64,000 nucleotides of DNA from Abditibacterium sp. (GCA_965199495.1 CBDASK010000003.1:2688001-2752000), one strand, 5' to 3'. Shown: positions 29,719 to 39,610, counted from the stretch's first letter. Made by a program: numbers and translations. The notes: a model not told the origin generated them from the letters alone.

Positions 29719-30180
29719 TCACCGTTCTTCGGGTTCGCGCTCCCAATCGTTGGCCAACCCCACGAAATTGCGCCAGCGACCTTCGCGCCAATAGCGAAAT
29801 CCGACGTTGATTCCTCGATGAAATGGCACCAACGCGCAGGGAAAAGCCACGATTACAGGCACAACAAAAGAAGAAAGTGGCGTTACTACCCTAAGCAGAA
29901 AGGGGGCGAAAAATAGCAGGACAACGATGGCGCCCCATTGTTCGCAGGTCACGCGCTTGGCGACGGGATGCCAGAGCAACGAGCAAATCAATCCTGCCAC
30001 GAAGCCACCGGCTGGAATCTGCGCGAATTGTAGCAACGTTAATGGTAGGGTCAACGCCCCAAGACTTGGATCAATAAAAGTCCGTTCTCGAATGAGTTCC
30101 AGCGCTACGAGAGAGACCCACCAGATGAGGAGCGCGCTTAAAGTGCCCCACCAAAAGCGGCAGTGAAGTTTCCAATTCAT
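29719..30180 (-). CDS. Small 4-TM hypothetical protein, array member 1
   Basis: AGLICSLLWHPVA; WRNFVGLANDWEREPEER; start ATG 30180. Confidence 0.8.
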   Translation of the reverse strand: MNWKLHCRFWWGTLSALLIWWVSLVALELIRERTFIDPSLGALTLPLTLLQFAQIPAGGFVAGLICSLLWHPVAKRVTCEQWGAIVVLLFFAPFLLRVVTPLSSFVVPVIVAFPCALVPFHRGINVGFRYWREGRWRNFVGLANDWEREPEER

Positions 30181-30191
30181 GCGCGAAAAAC

Positions 30192-30229
30192 AAAAACGCG
30201 CGCTCGAACTTTCCGAGCGCGCGTTTTTC
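30192..30229 (-). terminator. Intrinsic terminator after ridA
   Basis: AAAAACGCGCGCTCG-AACTTTC-CGAGCGCGCGTTTTT. Confidence 0.8.
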
Positions 30230-30233
30230 AAAT

Positions 30234-30659
30234 TTAATACAGTTCCGGTTCGTAACTGCTGTGCGTGATGACGGCAATCGCTTCCATTTCGATTTGCGCG
30301 TCGCGCGGCAAGCGAGCGACTTGCACAGTTGAGCGCGCGGGCAGCAGGTTAGTCGAGGTTTCGGTGTTGGGAAAAAACAGTTTATAAACCGCGTTCATGG
30401 CGTCGAAATCGTCCAAGTCCGTCATGAAAATGGTGACTTTCACGATGTCGTCGAGCGTGGCTTCGCCCTCTTCCAAGACGGCGCGCAGGTTGAGCAAAAC
30501 CTGTTCGGTCTGCTCGCGGATGCCGCCCGCCACCATTTCGTTGGTTTTGGGATTGACGGGCAGTTGTCCCGACGCGAAGATCATGTCGTTGACTTTGATG
30601 CCCTGTGCGTATGGCCCCAGCGCGGCGGGCGCGTCGGCGGTTGCGATGATTTCTTTCAT
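30234..30659 (-). CDS. ridA: RidA/YjgF family enamine deaminase
   Basis: APAALGPYAQG, SGQLP, VKVTIFM, PARSTVQVARLP, IEMEAIA. Confidence 0.95.
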   Translation of the reverse strand: MKEIIATADAPAALGPYAQGIKVNDMIFASGQLPVNPKTNEMVAGGIREQTEQVLLNLRAVLEEGEATLDDIVKVTIFMTDLDDFDAMNAVYKLFFPNTETSTNLLPARSTVQVARLPRDAQIEMEAIAVITHSSYEPELY

Positions 30660-30707
30660 ATCAATGTGGAGTTTAGCTGCGATGGTTGCGCAGTGATTTC
30701 ACGAAAT

Positions 30708-31487
30708 TTAAACGGGAATAACTGCGGCTTTAGAGTTTTGGAGCCACTTTTCGGCCAACGCCAAATCTTCGGGTTTGTCCACGTCAAAGGCAATCGTCGC
30801 ATCGGGCACTTCGACACGCCCGGCGTGGCAACCGAGCAGACGCGAAACTTTGGCTTCGGCCTCGCCCACGCTCAGACGATGCAACAGCGCCTTGACGATA
30901 AAACTCAATCCCAAAAGTTTCGCCAATGCCAGCGGTTTTTTCCGTGCGGCGAACGCGGTTTCGATCAGGTTTTCCAGTTCCGGCAGTTGGGCGCGCGGCA
31001 CCAAAAACGCGTTGCCGCCGCTAAACGCGCCGTCGCTAAAACGTGCATAAGTCCGCGTCGCGCCGGGAAACTGCGCTTCCATTTTGTCTTCGCGCACCAC
31101 GGCATAAGCTGCTTCCAAACGATTCACGCTGGCGCCGTCCAAAAATTGCATCCAAGTGCGCCCGGTGGCGAGCGGCCCATCGCCAGTCACGATGAGAATT
31201 TGATCGGACTTGGCCTCGCGCGCGCCATTGAGCAAATTCAGGCTTAATTTATCGCCCGACGGCAAACCGGTGACGACGACTTCGCCAATTACAGCGGGCA
31301 AGGTTTTGAGCGCTTCGGGCGTCGTCACGCAGATGATGCGCGTGATTGGCGTCACGGTCGCCAGCGAGTGCAAAACGTGCAACAAAATCGGTTGCCCGCC
31401 CACGGGAATGAGCGCACGCTCACTCGCCGACGTGGCTCCTTGTAACGCGGCGGGGATTGCGCCCCCGGCCAAAATAACGGCTTCCAT
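30708..31487 (-). CDS. MobA-like nucleotidyltransferase
   Basis: AVILAGG, ALIPVGGQPIL, TGDGPL, GGNAF, FDVDKPEDL. Confidence 0.85.
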   Translation of the reverse strand: MEAVILAGGAIPAALQGATSASERALIPVGGQPILLHVLHSLATVTPITRIICVTTPEALKTLPAVIGEVVVTGLPSGDKLSLNLLNGAREAKSDQILIVTGDGPLATGRTWMQFLDGASVNRLEAAYAVVREDKMEAQFPGATRTYARFSDGAFSGGNAFLVPRAQLPELENLIETAFAARKKPLALAKLLGLSFIVKALLHRLSVGEAEAKVSRLLGCHAGRVEVPDATIAFDVDKPEDLALAEKWLQNSKAAVIPV

Positions 31488-31556
31488 AATTCGCTTTTAA
31501 TTTTACCCGGTCAGCAAATCGGTTCGCCTAAACTTTCCTGTATACAGATGTAAAAG

Positions 31557-31633
31557 TGCGGGGCTGATGCCTCCTTCCAATCGGTATGATCTCGAAGAAA
31601 GTCCGCCGATTGGAAGGAGGCGTCAGCCCCGCA
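31557..31633. repeat. Palindromic REP-like element family B, copy 3
   Basis: GCGGGGCTGATGCCTCCTTCCAATCGG...CCGATTGGAAGGAGGCGTCAGCCCCGC. Confidence 0.85.
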
Positions 31634-31680
31634 TTCACAGAGGAACGTTCTTTTTAGCAAACCTGACTAAACTTTGCATC

Positions 31681-32535
31681 ATGCAACTCCAAACGCGCGC
31701 GCAATGGCAAGCCGCCCTTAACAGCCACGCCGCCCGACTCGCGCCGTTTGTCGAGGCGCATCGGGCGCGCCGCAGTCGCGGGCACAAACACGCGGTCTGG
31801 GATTTTTTGTGGGAATACTACAATTTCAAACCCGCGCAATTGCTGCAATGGTCGCCGGGATTAGACGTCGAATTAGAAGATGGTGCAACGGAATTTGCTG
31901 GCAAATTTTGGAGATCAACCGAGAACGGCGCCGCGTTGGATATTTCCCAATTTCCAATTCATCGTCTCGAAGGCGCTCGCGAAATCTTGAACCTGCTCGA
32001 ACGCACCGCCGCCCGCGCGCCGACGCACCATTGCTTTGGCCTCCACGAATGGGCGATGGTTCATCGCGCGCCACAAACGCGTCACGCGTCGCCGCTCCGT
32101 TTGAGCGACGACGAAATCGCCGCAGTTGTCGAATCGCAGGGCGTGCGATGTTCGCACTACGACGCGTTTCGCTTTTTTACGCCGTCGGCGCGTCCACTCA
32201 ATCTGTTGCAACCCTCGTCCGATAATCGCGCCGAATTCGAGCAACCCGGTTGTTTGCACGCCAACATGGATTTGTATAAATGGGCCTACAAGTTCGCGCC
32301 GTGGATCGCGTCCGATTTGGTCGCCGACGGCTTTGAACTCGCCCGCGACGCGCGTTTACTGGATATGCGCGCCGCGCCCTACGATTTGAGCGAATTCGGC
32401 GTCGAACCAATTCCGCTCGAAACCGCGCCGGGCCGCGCCCATTACGCGGCCCGACAACGCCAAATCGCCGAGCGCGCCGCGCCGCTACGCGCGCGCTTGA
32501 TCGTGGCCTATCAGGAAATTTTGAAGCAGGTATAA
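31681..32535 (+). CDS. Conserved protein of a family often labelled '3-methyladenine DNA glycosylase' (function uncertain)
   Basis: KHAVWDFLWEYY, CFGLHEWAMV, CSHYDAFRFFT, EQPGCLHANMDLYKW, DMRAAPYDL. Confidence 0.8.
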   Translation: MQLQTRAQWQAALNSHAARLAPFVEAHRARRSRGHKHAVWDFLWEYYNFKPAQLLQWSPGLDVELEDGATEFAGKFWRSTENGAALDISQFPIHRLEGAREILNLLERTAARAPTHHCFGLHEWAMVHRAPQTRHASPLRLSDDEIAAVVESQGVRCSHYDAFRFFTPSARPLNLLQPSSDNRAEFEQPGCLHANMDLYKWAYKFAPWIASDLVADGFELARDARLLDMRAAPYDLSEFGVEPIPLETAPGRAHYAARQRQIAERAAPLRARLIVAYQEILKQV

Positions 32536-32539
32536 ATCA

Positions 32540-32765
32540 GCAACGGTGATTCGATTTTACGTCTCCCTGAATTTGCGTTGCGTAACCGCGCGCCAGTTTG
32601 AGTGTGGCCAACGTCGCGCGCGCCGAATCCTGCCATGCGCCAGCGGGATAGGTCATGCGCGGCCCGCACGCGCCGACAACTGGATGCGCATCCAATTGCC
32701 TAAAGTATCGAGCGCGCGCCGTCTGCGGCAACCGCGTCGGGATTGAGAAACAACGCCACGCGGTC
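32540..32765 (-). pseudogene. Degraded, internally deleted copy of the GT2 gene at 34509-35453
   Basis: Fragments ALFLNPD / LDAHPVVGACGPRMTYP / ARATLATLKLARGYA match GT2 segments; frameshift and fused ends. Confidence 0.85.
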
Positions 32766-33097
32766 GGCAATTGAGGGCAGCAAAATGTTGGCGGCGATAA
32801 CGGGCAAGAGCGACGTGCCGCCGCCCGGAGTTATCGAGCAGATAATTGAACGCACGTTGCTGATTTGCCCGATGGCAACATCAAAGCAAAGCTGGTCAAA
32901 AGCCCCCTGATGCGCGCGCAAAGACGCACGGAGGGGATAAAAGATGAAGGCGCAGGAATGAAGGGCGAAACGCGAAATAGCGCCAAATCAATCCGCCGCC
33001 TCATGCAGCCACGGCGCATGGATGGGGGAATTCGCCCCCATAAACGCGGGTAAATCGCGCGGTTTGTGGCCCACGATTTTCACTTTGGAAGCGAGTT

Positions 33098-34447
33098 ATG
33101 GCCAACATCACAGATAGAGTTATAGACGCCGCTCATTTGATAGATAGCTCCGACGAATTCAATTTTCTGTTGCACCTCGTTGGCGACGCGCGTTTCGTTT
33201 TGCTGGGCGAAGCCTCGCACGGAACGCGCGAGTTTTACCACGCGCGCGCAAATATAACGCGGCGTCTCATCGAAGAAAAAGGCTTTAACGCCGTCGCCGT
33301 CGAAGCCGATTGGCCCGATGCTTATCGCGTCAACTGCTACGCGCGCGCCGCCAGCGACGACGCCGATGCCGAACAAGCCCTGAGCGATTTCGAGCGATTC
33401 CCAACCTGGATGTGGCGCAATCACACCGTCGCCGATTTCGTCGAGTGGCTGTGCGAGCATAACCAAAACCGCGCCAGCGATGTCGGCTTTTACGGCCTCG
33501 ATTTGTATTCGCTGCACGCTTCTATCGAAGCCGTTACGCGCTACTTAGACCGCGCCGACCCCGCAGCAGCCACGCGCGCGCGCCAGCGTTACGCGTGCTT
33601 TGAAAGGTTCGGCGAAAACACGCAACAATACGGGCTTTACACCTCGCTGGGCCTGTCGCCTTCGCACGAAGACGAGGCCACATCTCAGTTGGTCGAACTG
33701 CAAAAACGCGTCGCGCGCCACGCCGCGCAGGATGGTCGCGTGGCGCGCGACAAAGAATTCTACGCGCAGCAAAACGCGAAATTGGTGGTAGACGCCGAAC
33801 GTTATTATCGCGCGATGTTCGCGGGCCGCGACGAAAGCTGGAATTTGCGCGACACGCACATGGCCGATACTCTCGACGCTCTGGCGCAGCATCTGGGCGA
33901 CGAGAGCAAAATCGTGGTGTGGGCGCACAACTCGCATTTGGGCGACGCGCGCGCCACCGAAATGGCGCGGCGCGGCGAACTGAATCTGGGCCAACTGACG
34001 CGCGAGCGCCACGGCGACGCCACGATAAACGTCGGATTTTCGACCTACGCGGGCGAAGTCACGGCGGCTTCGGATTGGGATGCGCCCGCCGAGCGCAAAC
34101 GCGTGCGCCCCGGCTTGAACAATTCTTACGAAGCGCTATTTCACGAAGTCGCCGCTCAAGTCGGCAACTTCGGATTGAACTTGCGCGAGCAGCCCGCGCA
34201 CGATGAATTAAGCCAGCCGCGCTTGCAGCGCGCCATCGGCGTGATTTACCGGCCTGACACCGAACGCCTGAGCCACTATTTTCAGGCGCATCTGTCGCAG
34301 CAGTTCGATGTCATGCTGCACTACGACCAAACTCACGCTCTCGAACCGTTGGAGCCGAGCGAAATCTGGCGACGCGGGCAGCATCCCGATAGCGAAGCGC
34401 ACGCGCTCGCTGGCGAGGCGCTCGAAACTTACCCTTCGGGCCTGTGA
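33098..34447 (+). CDS. Erythromycin esterase family protein
   Basis: VLLGEASHGTREFY, VEADWPDA, FPTWMWRN, WNLRDTHM, VVWAHNSHLGDARAT, RAIGVIY. Confidence 0.92.
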   Translation: MANITDRVIDAAHLIDSSDEFNFLLHLVGDARFVLLGEASHGTREFYHARANITRRLIEEKGFNAVAVEADWPDAYRVNCYARAASDDADAEQALSDFERFPTWMWRNHTVADFVEWLCEHNQNRASDVGFYGLDLYSLHASIEAVTRYLDRADPAAATRARQRYACFERFGENTQQYGLYTSLGLSPSHEDEATSQLVELQKRVARHAAQDGRVARDKEFYAQQNAKLVVDAERYYRAMFAGRDESWNLRDTHMADTLDALAQHLGDESKIVVWAHNSHLGDARATEMARRGELNLGQLTRERHGDATINVGFSTYAGEVTAASDWDAPAERKRVRPGLNNSYEALFHEVAAQVGNFGLNLREQPAHDELSQPRLQRAIGVIYRPDTERLSHYFQAHLSQQFDVMLHYDQTHALEPLEPSEIWRRGQHPDSEAHALAGEALETYPSGL

Positions 34448-34508
34448 AACAACATTGGTTGCGCGCGCTTAAAACGCGCGCGGCGAAAAATAAAGCGCGC
34501 AAATCCGT

Positions 34509-35453
34509 TCACGATTTGCGCGCTTTGCGCCGCAAAATGCCGCGCAGTTCGCCGATTTTAGCGTAGCCGCGCAACAGTTTCAGCGTGGCCAGACTCGCGC
34601 GCGCACCGATGCCAAGAGCAGCCACGGGCGCCAGCCAGCGACCTTTGCCTTTCATATAATGCTTGCGATAAAACAGCCACATCGCCGCGTGATGGCGTCG
34701 GATGCTGGTGCCCTGCGCCAAATCGGACGACTTGCCGATATGATGTTGAATCGTCGCAGAAGTCACATAGAAACGCGACCAGTTTTTTTCCATCAGGCGA
34801 TAACATAAATCAATATCTTCGCAATACATGAAAAAATCTTCGTCCCACGGCCCGCGCCCCAGATCGATTTCTTGTAACGCCTCGCGCCGCGCTGTAATCG
34901 CCGAACCCGACAGCCAATCCACCGCGCGCTCCTGCGTGCGGTCAACGTTTGTCATCAAATAGCCGCGCGACCACGGATTGTTGGGCCACAAGCGGCCCAG
35001 AAACGAATTGCGAAACAAACCCGCACCAAACGACGGAAACCCGCGCGCCGACGCTTGCAACTCGCCGTCGGGATAAGTCATGCGCGGCCCGCACGCGCCG
35101 ACTGCGGGATGCGCGTCCATCCAATCGCACAAAACATCGAGAGCGCCGTCTTCGACAATTGTATCGGGATTGAGAAACAGCACGAAACGCCCGCGCGAAC
35201 GTTTGTAACCCAAGTTATTGCCCGCGCTAAACCCGATGTTGCCGCCGCTTTCGATGAGCGTGACGCCGGAATAATCGCGCTTAACCACGGCGACCGAATC
35301 GTCATATTGCGAGTCGTTATCTACGACAATAATTTCAATGGAATGCCGCCAATTTTGATTTTGGATCGAATCGAGACACGCGACCAAAAAAGGCCGCGCA
35401 TTCCAGTTAAGAATCACGACCGATAAATCCACGCCGCGCGCCGTTTCGTTCAA
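34509..35453 (-). CDS. Glycosyltransferase family 2 (WbbL-like)
   Basis: SVVILNWN, VVDNDS, NIGFSAGNN, FLNPD, DWLSGS, DEDFFMYCEDIDLC. Confidence 0.93.
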   Translation of the reverse strand: MNETARGVDLSVVILNWNARPFLVACLDSIQNQNWRHSIEIIVVDNDSQYDDSVAVVKRDYSGVTLIESGGNIGFSAGNNLGYKRSRGRFVLFLNPDTIVEDGALDVLCDWMDAHPAVGACGPRMTYPDGELQASARGFPSFGAGLFRNSFLGRLWPNNPWSRGYLMTNVDRTQERAVDWLSGSAITARREALQEIDLGRGPWDEDFFMYCEDIDLCYRLMEKNWSRFYVTSATIQHHIGKSSDLAQGTSIRRHHAAMWLFYRKHYMKGKGRWLAPVAALGIGARASLATLKLLRGYAKIGELRGILRRKARKS

Positions 35454-35656
35454 GCGGCATCGGGCGCGTCGCTGGCGGATTCAGGCGCCGTGGCTGCATC
35501 GTCGGGCACCATCATAATTGGGATACCGTCGCGCACGGGGAATTCCTGACCGTCGTTTTGGCAGCGCAAAACCGATTTGGCTTCGTCTTCTTCGAGTTCG
35601 CCGTGACAGGTCGGGCACACCAAGATTTCTTTGAGTTGAGCGGAAATAAGGGACAT
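35450..35656 (-). CDS. Trm112/YcaR family protein
   Basis: LKEILVCPTCHGEL...FPVRDGIPIM. Confidence 0.92.
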   Translation of the reverse strand: MSLISAQLKEILVCPTCHGELEEDEAKSVLRCQNDGQEFPVRDGIPIMMVPDDAATAPESASDAPDAA

Positions 35657-35683
35657 TGGCGAAGCAGTATAAATCGCTGAAAT

Positions 35684-37330
35684 CTACTGCACCCAACTTT
35701 GCGCCAGTTTTTGAATTTGGCCGACCCAAACTTCTTCGTCGGCGCTGTTTGCGTTGGCCTGAATCGCGCCTTCCAAAAACTGATGCAAAGAACTCGCGTT
35801 GGAAAAATTCTTTTGCACGCCCAACTGCGCGAACTGGATGAAATTTTCCAGACTCAACGGAATAATCTGGGTTTTGCCACCGTAAAATTTGGTGTGAAGG
35901 CGGTTCAAACCGAAAAAATGTGACTTGGCACCTTCGCTCAAATTAGGCGCGATAAACAAACAATAAACCGGCTTTTGGCTATTGCGTTTGACGTTGCCAT
36001 AGTGACGCGCGACCGGTTCGCCTTCCATTTCAAATTGCTTGTTGCCCGACGAAAGCGTGACTTCGACCAACAATTTGAAATCGTCGTATTCGCACTCGAT
36101 GTCGGCCTGATTGCCGCCCGCAGTCGAAAGCGGTTGACCGTCTAAATCCATCGAGAAATTGTTGTCAATCGCAACCGCGTAATTGAGCATCGTCAGCGCG
36201 CGCCACACGTTCCACTCCAGATAAAGCGGCGCATCGGGCAATTCTTTGTCTTTGATTTGCTGAAAGACCTGCAAAATATCGGGTAAATCCTCGTGCGATT
36301 TCAGTTTGCGCTTGATTTCGCCCAAATTGCGCGCCTTGAGCGCCTGCTGCAACGCTTCCAAACGGTCTTTGAGCGCCTCCAAATCGAGCGTGCCAGAAAC
36401 CGACGCGGGCGCCGTGGCTGCTACGATGCCCTGCTTTTCTATCGCCGCGATAGCTTGTTGAATGCGCCCCAAATCGTCGGTGTAAAGCGCGATGTTATCG
36501 GCATCGAACAGATAACTTTTAAACGCCACCAAATCTTTGAAATCGCGCGGCTCGCGTTCGACGGTTTGCAGCAAAAACTCGACTTCGGCGCGCCTGACCG
36601 GCGAAATTTGCAAACGCGTGCTGCGCGTATCGAAATTCGCCAACTGCGTGGCGCGCAGATAACGCATAAAGGCGTCGGCATAATCGCGCATCGAACTCTT
36701 TTTGGTTGCCACAAATTTCTTGTAAGTCGCGTCCGAACTTTGGCGCGTGGCGAAATCTCTCTGCGCGATTTGATCGGCGAAAATCTCGGTGATTTGCGCG
36801 TTGAAATAACTATCGGCAAACGCGCGTTTGTTGGTTACACAGGCTTTAATCGCCGCCCGAAAATCGAGAATTTTCTGCTTTACTTCCTCGTATTTGTCAA
36901 CGCGCGTCAGTTGCAAAAAGAACATCGCGATTTCGCGTTTAGAAATTCCGTCGAGTTCGTGCGCCAAACGCAGCAATTCCAGATACGGTTTCACGCCAAA
37001 ACGTCCCTGCGCATCCGCCGTGTGATAAGGCGAAGGCAACTGAAACTTCATCATTTGCCGCGTCAATGTTTCGTGCGTGCGCTTGCCACCAAGCAACCGC
37101 TCGCCCGCCGGAGTGAGCGCGATGACGGGTTTAAGATCGATGAAACCGAGTAATTCCATCGGTTCGCCCGCGAATCTTTTTTCCCAAAGGCCTTCGTCGT
37201 CCAATTGCCGCGCGGCGCGTTTGCGCACGTCGCGCCAATTTTGCCCGACGAAGTTGGACGAAACCGACGCGACAATTGGGGCGAGATTCACCAAATCGTA
37301 AGGGAAACGCGAATGTTTTAAGATGGACAT
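35684..37330 (-). CDS. AlwI-family (MlyI/PleI/Nt.BstNBI-like) type IIS restriction endonuclease
   Basis: KFQLPSPYH, PYLELLRL, DYADAFMRY, LYLEWNVWRA, ADIE...VEVTLSSG, EGEPVARHYG; similarity recalled from memory. Confidence 0.85.
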   Translation of the reverse strand: MSILKHSRFPYDLVNLAPIVASVSSNFVGQNWRDVRKRAARQLDDEGLWEKRFAGEPMELLGFIDLKPVIALTPAGERLLGGKRTHETLTRQMMKFQLPSPYHTADAQGRFGVKPYLELLRLAHELDGISKREIAMFFLQLTRVDKYEEVKQKILDFRAAIKACVTNKRAFADSYFNAQITEIFADQIAQRDFATRQSSDATYKKFVATKKSSMRDYADAFMRYLRATQLANFDTRSTRLQISPVRRAEVEFLLQTVEREPRDFKDLVAFKSYLFDADNIALYTDDLGRIQQAIAAIEKQGIVAATAPASVSGTLDLEALKDRLEALQQALKARNLGEIKRKLKSHEDLPDILQVFQQIKDKELPDAPLYLEWNVWRALTMLNYAVAIDNNFSMDLDGQPLSTAGGNQADIECEYDDFKLLVEVTLSSGNKQFEMEGEPVARHYGNVKRNSQKPVYCLFIAPNLSEGAKSHFFGLNRLHTKFYGGKTQIIPLSLENFIQFAQLGVQKNFSNASSLHQFLEGAIQANANSADEEVWVGQIQKLAQSWVQ

Positions 37331-37334
37331 AAAT

Positions 37335-38114
37335 CTACGATTTGGCCGGAAAGAATTGTTCTTTCAACAGAAAATGTTGCGCCGCCGCGATGTATAAATC
37401 GGTGACTTGATTGAAGCTACGAAACAGAAAATCGTCTTTATTCTGGTTGAACGGATCGTTGTCGAGACGCGTATCGAAAAGCGATTTTTTGGATTCGTCG
37501 GCGACCAGATAAAACTCGGTTTTAAAATCGCGCAACTGATACAATTTGAGCAGCGAACGTCGAAATTCCGGCGTGTTCTCGACTTCAAAAGCCGCTTTGG
37601 GAAACGGGCGTTTGGTGTGCTTGCTAAACCACAACACATCAATTTTGGTGGTCTGTTTTTGCAAATCCGCAAAAGTAAACTGCGGGACTTTCGATAGCGA
37701 GGCAATGCTGCCCAATTTTTTGCCGTCGAAATCCGAACTTGGGTCGGCGGTATAAGTTTCGTAACCGTAAAAATTGCCCATTTCGAGCAGCATTCCCTGG
37801 ATCGTGGCGTGGCGCGCCGCAGGTTTAATCGCGACTTTATCGGCAATTTTTTGGAAAGTGCTTTTTTTGGCTTTGGCGTTTTTAAAGCCGAAAACGCCCA
37901 AACCCAAACGCACGATTTGGTCGCGCTGTTTCATGTCGCGATAAAGCACGCCGCGCAAAGTCGCCTGCCAGTTGGCGTTGGTCGAAAGATCGCGATATTT
38001 GGCGATGCCGACATACATTTTTTCCAGCGATGCCGCGCCGCCGTTATCTTCGATGGTTTTTTCGATGGCTTCGACCCAGCTCAATTCGGTTTGCGGTTGC
38101 GATGTTTGCGGCAC
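37335..38114 (-). CDS. wHTH + PD-(D/E)XK nuclease-like protein
   Basis: N-terminal SWVEAI...WQATLRGVLY HTH-like segment; HATIQGMLLEMG; IDVLWF...AFEVE; start uncertain (listed ATG at 38216 overlaps cca). Confidence 0.7.
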   Translation of the reverse strand: MPQTSQPQTELSWVEAIEKTIEDNGGAASLEKMYVGIAKYRDLSTNANWQATLRGVLYRDMKQRDQIVRLGLGVFGFKNAKAKKSTFQKIADKVAIKPAARHATIQGMLLEMGNFYGYETYTADPSSDFDGKKLGSIASLSKVPQFTFADLQKQTTKIDVLWFSKHTKRPFPKAAFEVENTPEFRRSLLKLYQLRDFKTEFYLVADESKKSLFDTRLDNDPFNQNKDDFLFRSFNQVTDLYIAAAQHFLLKEQFFPAKS

Positions 38115-38190
38115 GACTCCAATTCTACCAAGCGGCTCCGATTTAAGCGAGTCGAATTTCGCCGCCGCGCTCCGTTTATACTTGCTTTTG

Positions 38191-39474
38191 ATGTCCGCCA
38201 ATCCCCTCTTCGCCAAAAGTCAAGCCCTCGCGCGCGCCGTGGCTGCGCGTGGCGGGCGGGCGCTTTTGGTCGGCGGCTACGTGCGCGACGAACTTTTGGG
38301 CCGCGCGCCCAAAGACGCCGACATCGAAGTTTACGGTTTGCAAGCGCCCGATTTGCGCGCGACTTTGGAACAGTTGAGCCGCGTGGATTGCGTCGGCGAA
38401 AGTTTTCGGGTTTATAAATTGGTCTGGCACGATCGTAAAATTCGCCACGAACTCGATGTTTCGCTGCCGCGCCGCGACCGCAAAATCGGCGACGGACACA
38501 AAGGTTTTGAAGTCGAGGGCGACCCATTCGCCTCGTTCGAGGACGCCGCGCGGCGGCGCGATTTCACGCTCAACGCGATTTTGCGCGATCCGTTGTCGGG
38601 CGAAATCATCGATCCGTTTGGCGGGCGCACCGATTTAGAAAACCGCGTTTTGCGCGCGGTTGATGCCGCGCATTTCGGCGAAGATTCGCTGCGCGTGTTG
38701 CGCGCCATGCAATTCGCCGGACGATTCGGTCTGTCCATCGAAGCAGCAACGGCGACGCTGTGTCGCGCGACGCCGCTCGACGATTTGCCCGCCGAACGCG
38801 TGTGGGGCGAATGGGAAAAATGGCTGCTCAAATCGCCGCGACCAAGTTTGGGTTTGCGCGCGGGCCGCGAAATCGGCGTGTTTGCGCGTTTGTTTCCGTA
38901 TTTGCAAATCGCGATGGAACGGCGCGGAACCGACATCGAAAACGCTTTGGATAGCGCCGCGCTTTTGTTAAACGGTTTGGAAATGCCACATCAAGTCGCG
39001 TTAATGCTTTCGACAATCGGTTCTTTTCTGGGCTGGCGCGATACCAAATTGATGTTAGACAAATTAGGCGTTGCCAAAATGAAGGGCGAAAAACAGGCGA
39101 TTGACGTGGCGAAACTCACGATTCAATTGGTCGGCGCGCGCAAAACGCCGCGCGATTGGTTCGAGCGGCGCGAATTGGTGGAAGATAAAGAATTTCGTTT
39201 TTTCTCGGCGCGCATTCATCCGCAGTTGACAACGCTTTTGTCGCGCGCCCGCAGCCACGGCGAGGCGGCGGATTGGTTTGAAGACAATTTGAAACGATTG
39301 GAAGTTTGGAATGGGCCGCCCGCGCCGCTATTATTGGGGCGTCATTTGTTGGAAATGGGAATGACGCCGGGGCCGAAAATTGGCGAAATCGTCAACCGCG
39401 TTTACATGGCTCAATTGGCGGGCGAAGTCGTGACGTTGGACGACGCGAAGGCTTTGGTCAAAAATGTGACCTAA
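38191..39474 (+). CDS. cca: CCA-adding tRNA nucleotidyltransferase (class II)
   Basis: LVGGYVRDELLG, DADIE, RRDFTLNA, DPFGG, EDSLRVLRA, ERVWGE, PGPKIG. Confidence 0.93.
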   Translation: MSANPLFAKSQALARAVAARGGRALLVGGYVRDELLGRAPKDADIEVYGLQAPDLRATLEQLSRVDCVGESFRVYKLVWHDRKIRHELDVSLPRRDRKIGDGHKGFEVEGDPFASFEDAARRRDFTLNAILRDPLSGEIIDPFGGRTDLENRVLRAVDAAHFGEDSLRVLRAMQFAGRFGLSIEAATATLCRATPLDDLPAERVWGEWEKWLLKSPRPSLGLRAGREIGVFARLFPYLQIAMERRGTDIENALDSAALLLNGLEMPHQVALMLSTIGSFLGWRDTKLMLDKLGVAKMKGEKQAIDVAKLTIQLVGARKTPRDWFERRELVEDKEFRFFSARIHPQLTTLLSRARSHGEAADWFEDNLKRLEVWNGPPAPLLLGRHLLEMGMTPGPKIGEIVNRVYMAQLAGEVVTLDDAKALVKNVT

Positions 39475-39610
39475 TGCAACTTCAAATATTGGGGCGCGTT
39501 CGACTGACTGACTCCCCGTTTTCTGAAACAAACTCATTCTCACGACTGATTTCGCGAGTGAAACGAGATTTTGCTGAAACAGCAGTCCAAAGACATCAAA
39601 CTAATCAATC

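Noticed and set aside
31681..32535. True 3-methyladenine DNA glycosylase
   Set aside because: No Tag, AlkA or AAG motifs recognised; the label appears to be a propagated annotation
33098..34447. Macrolide resistance gene
   Set aside because: Family membership only; this widespread subgroup is not shown to hydrolyse erythromycin
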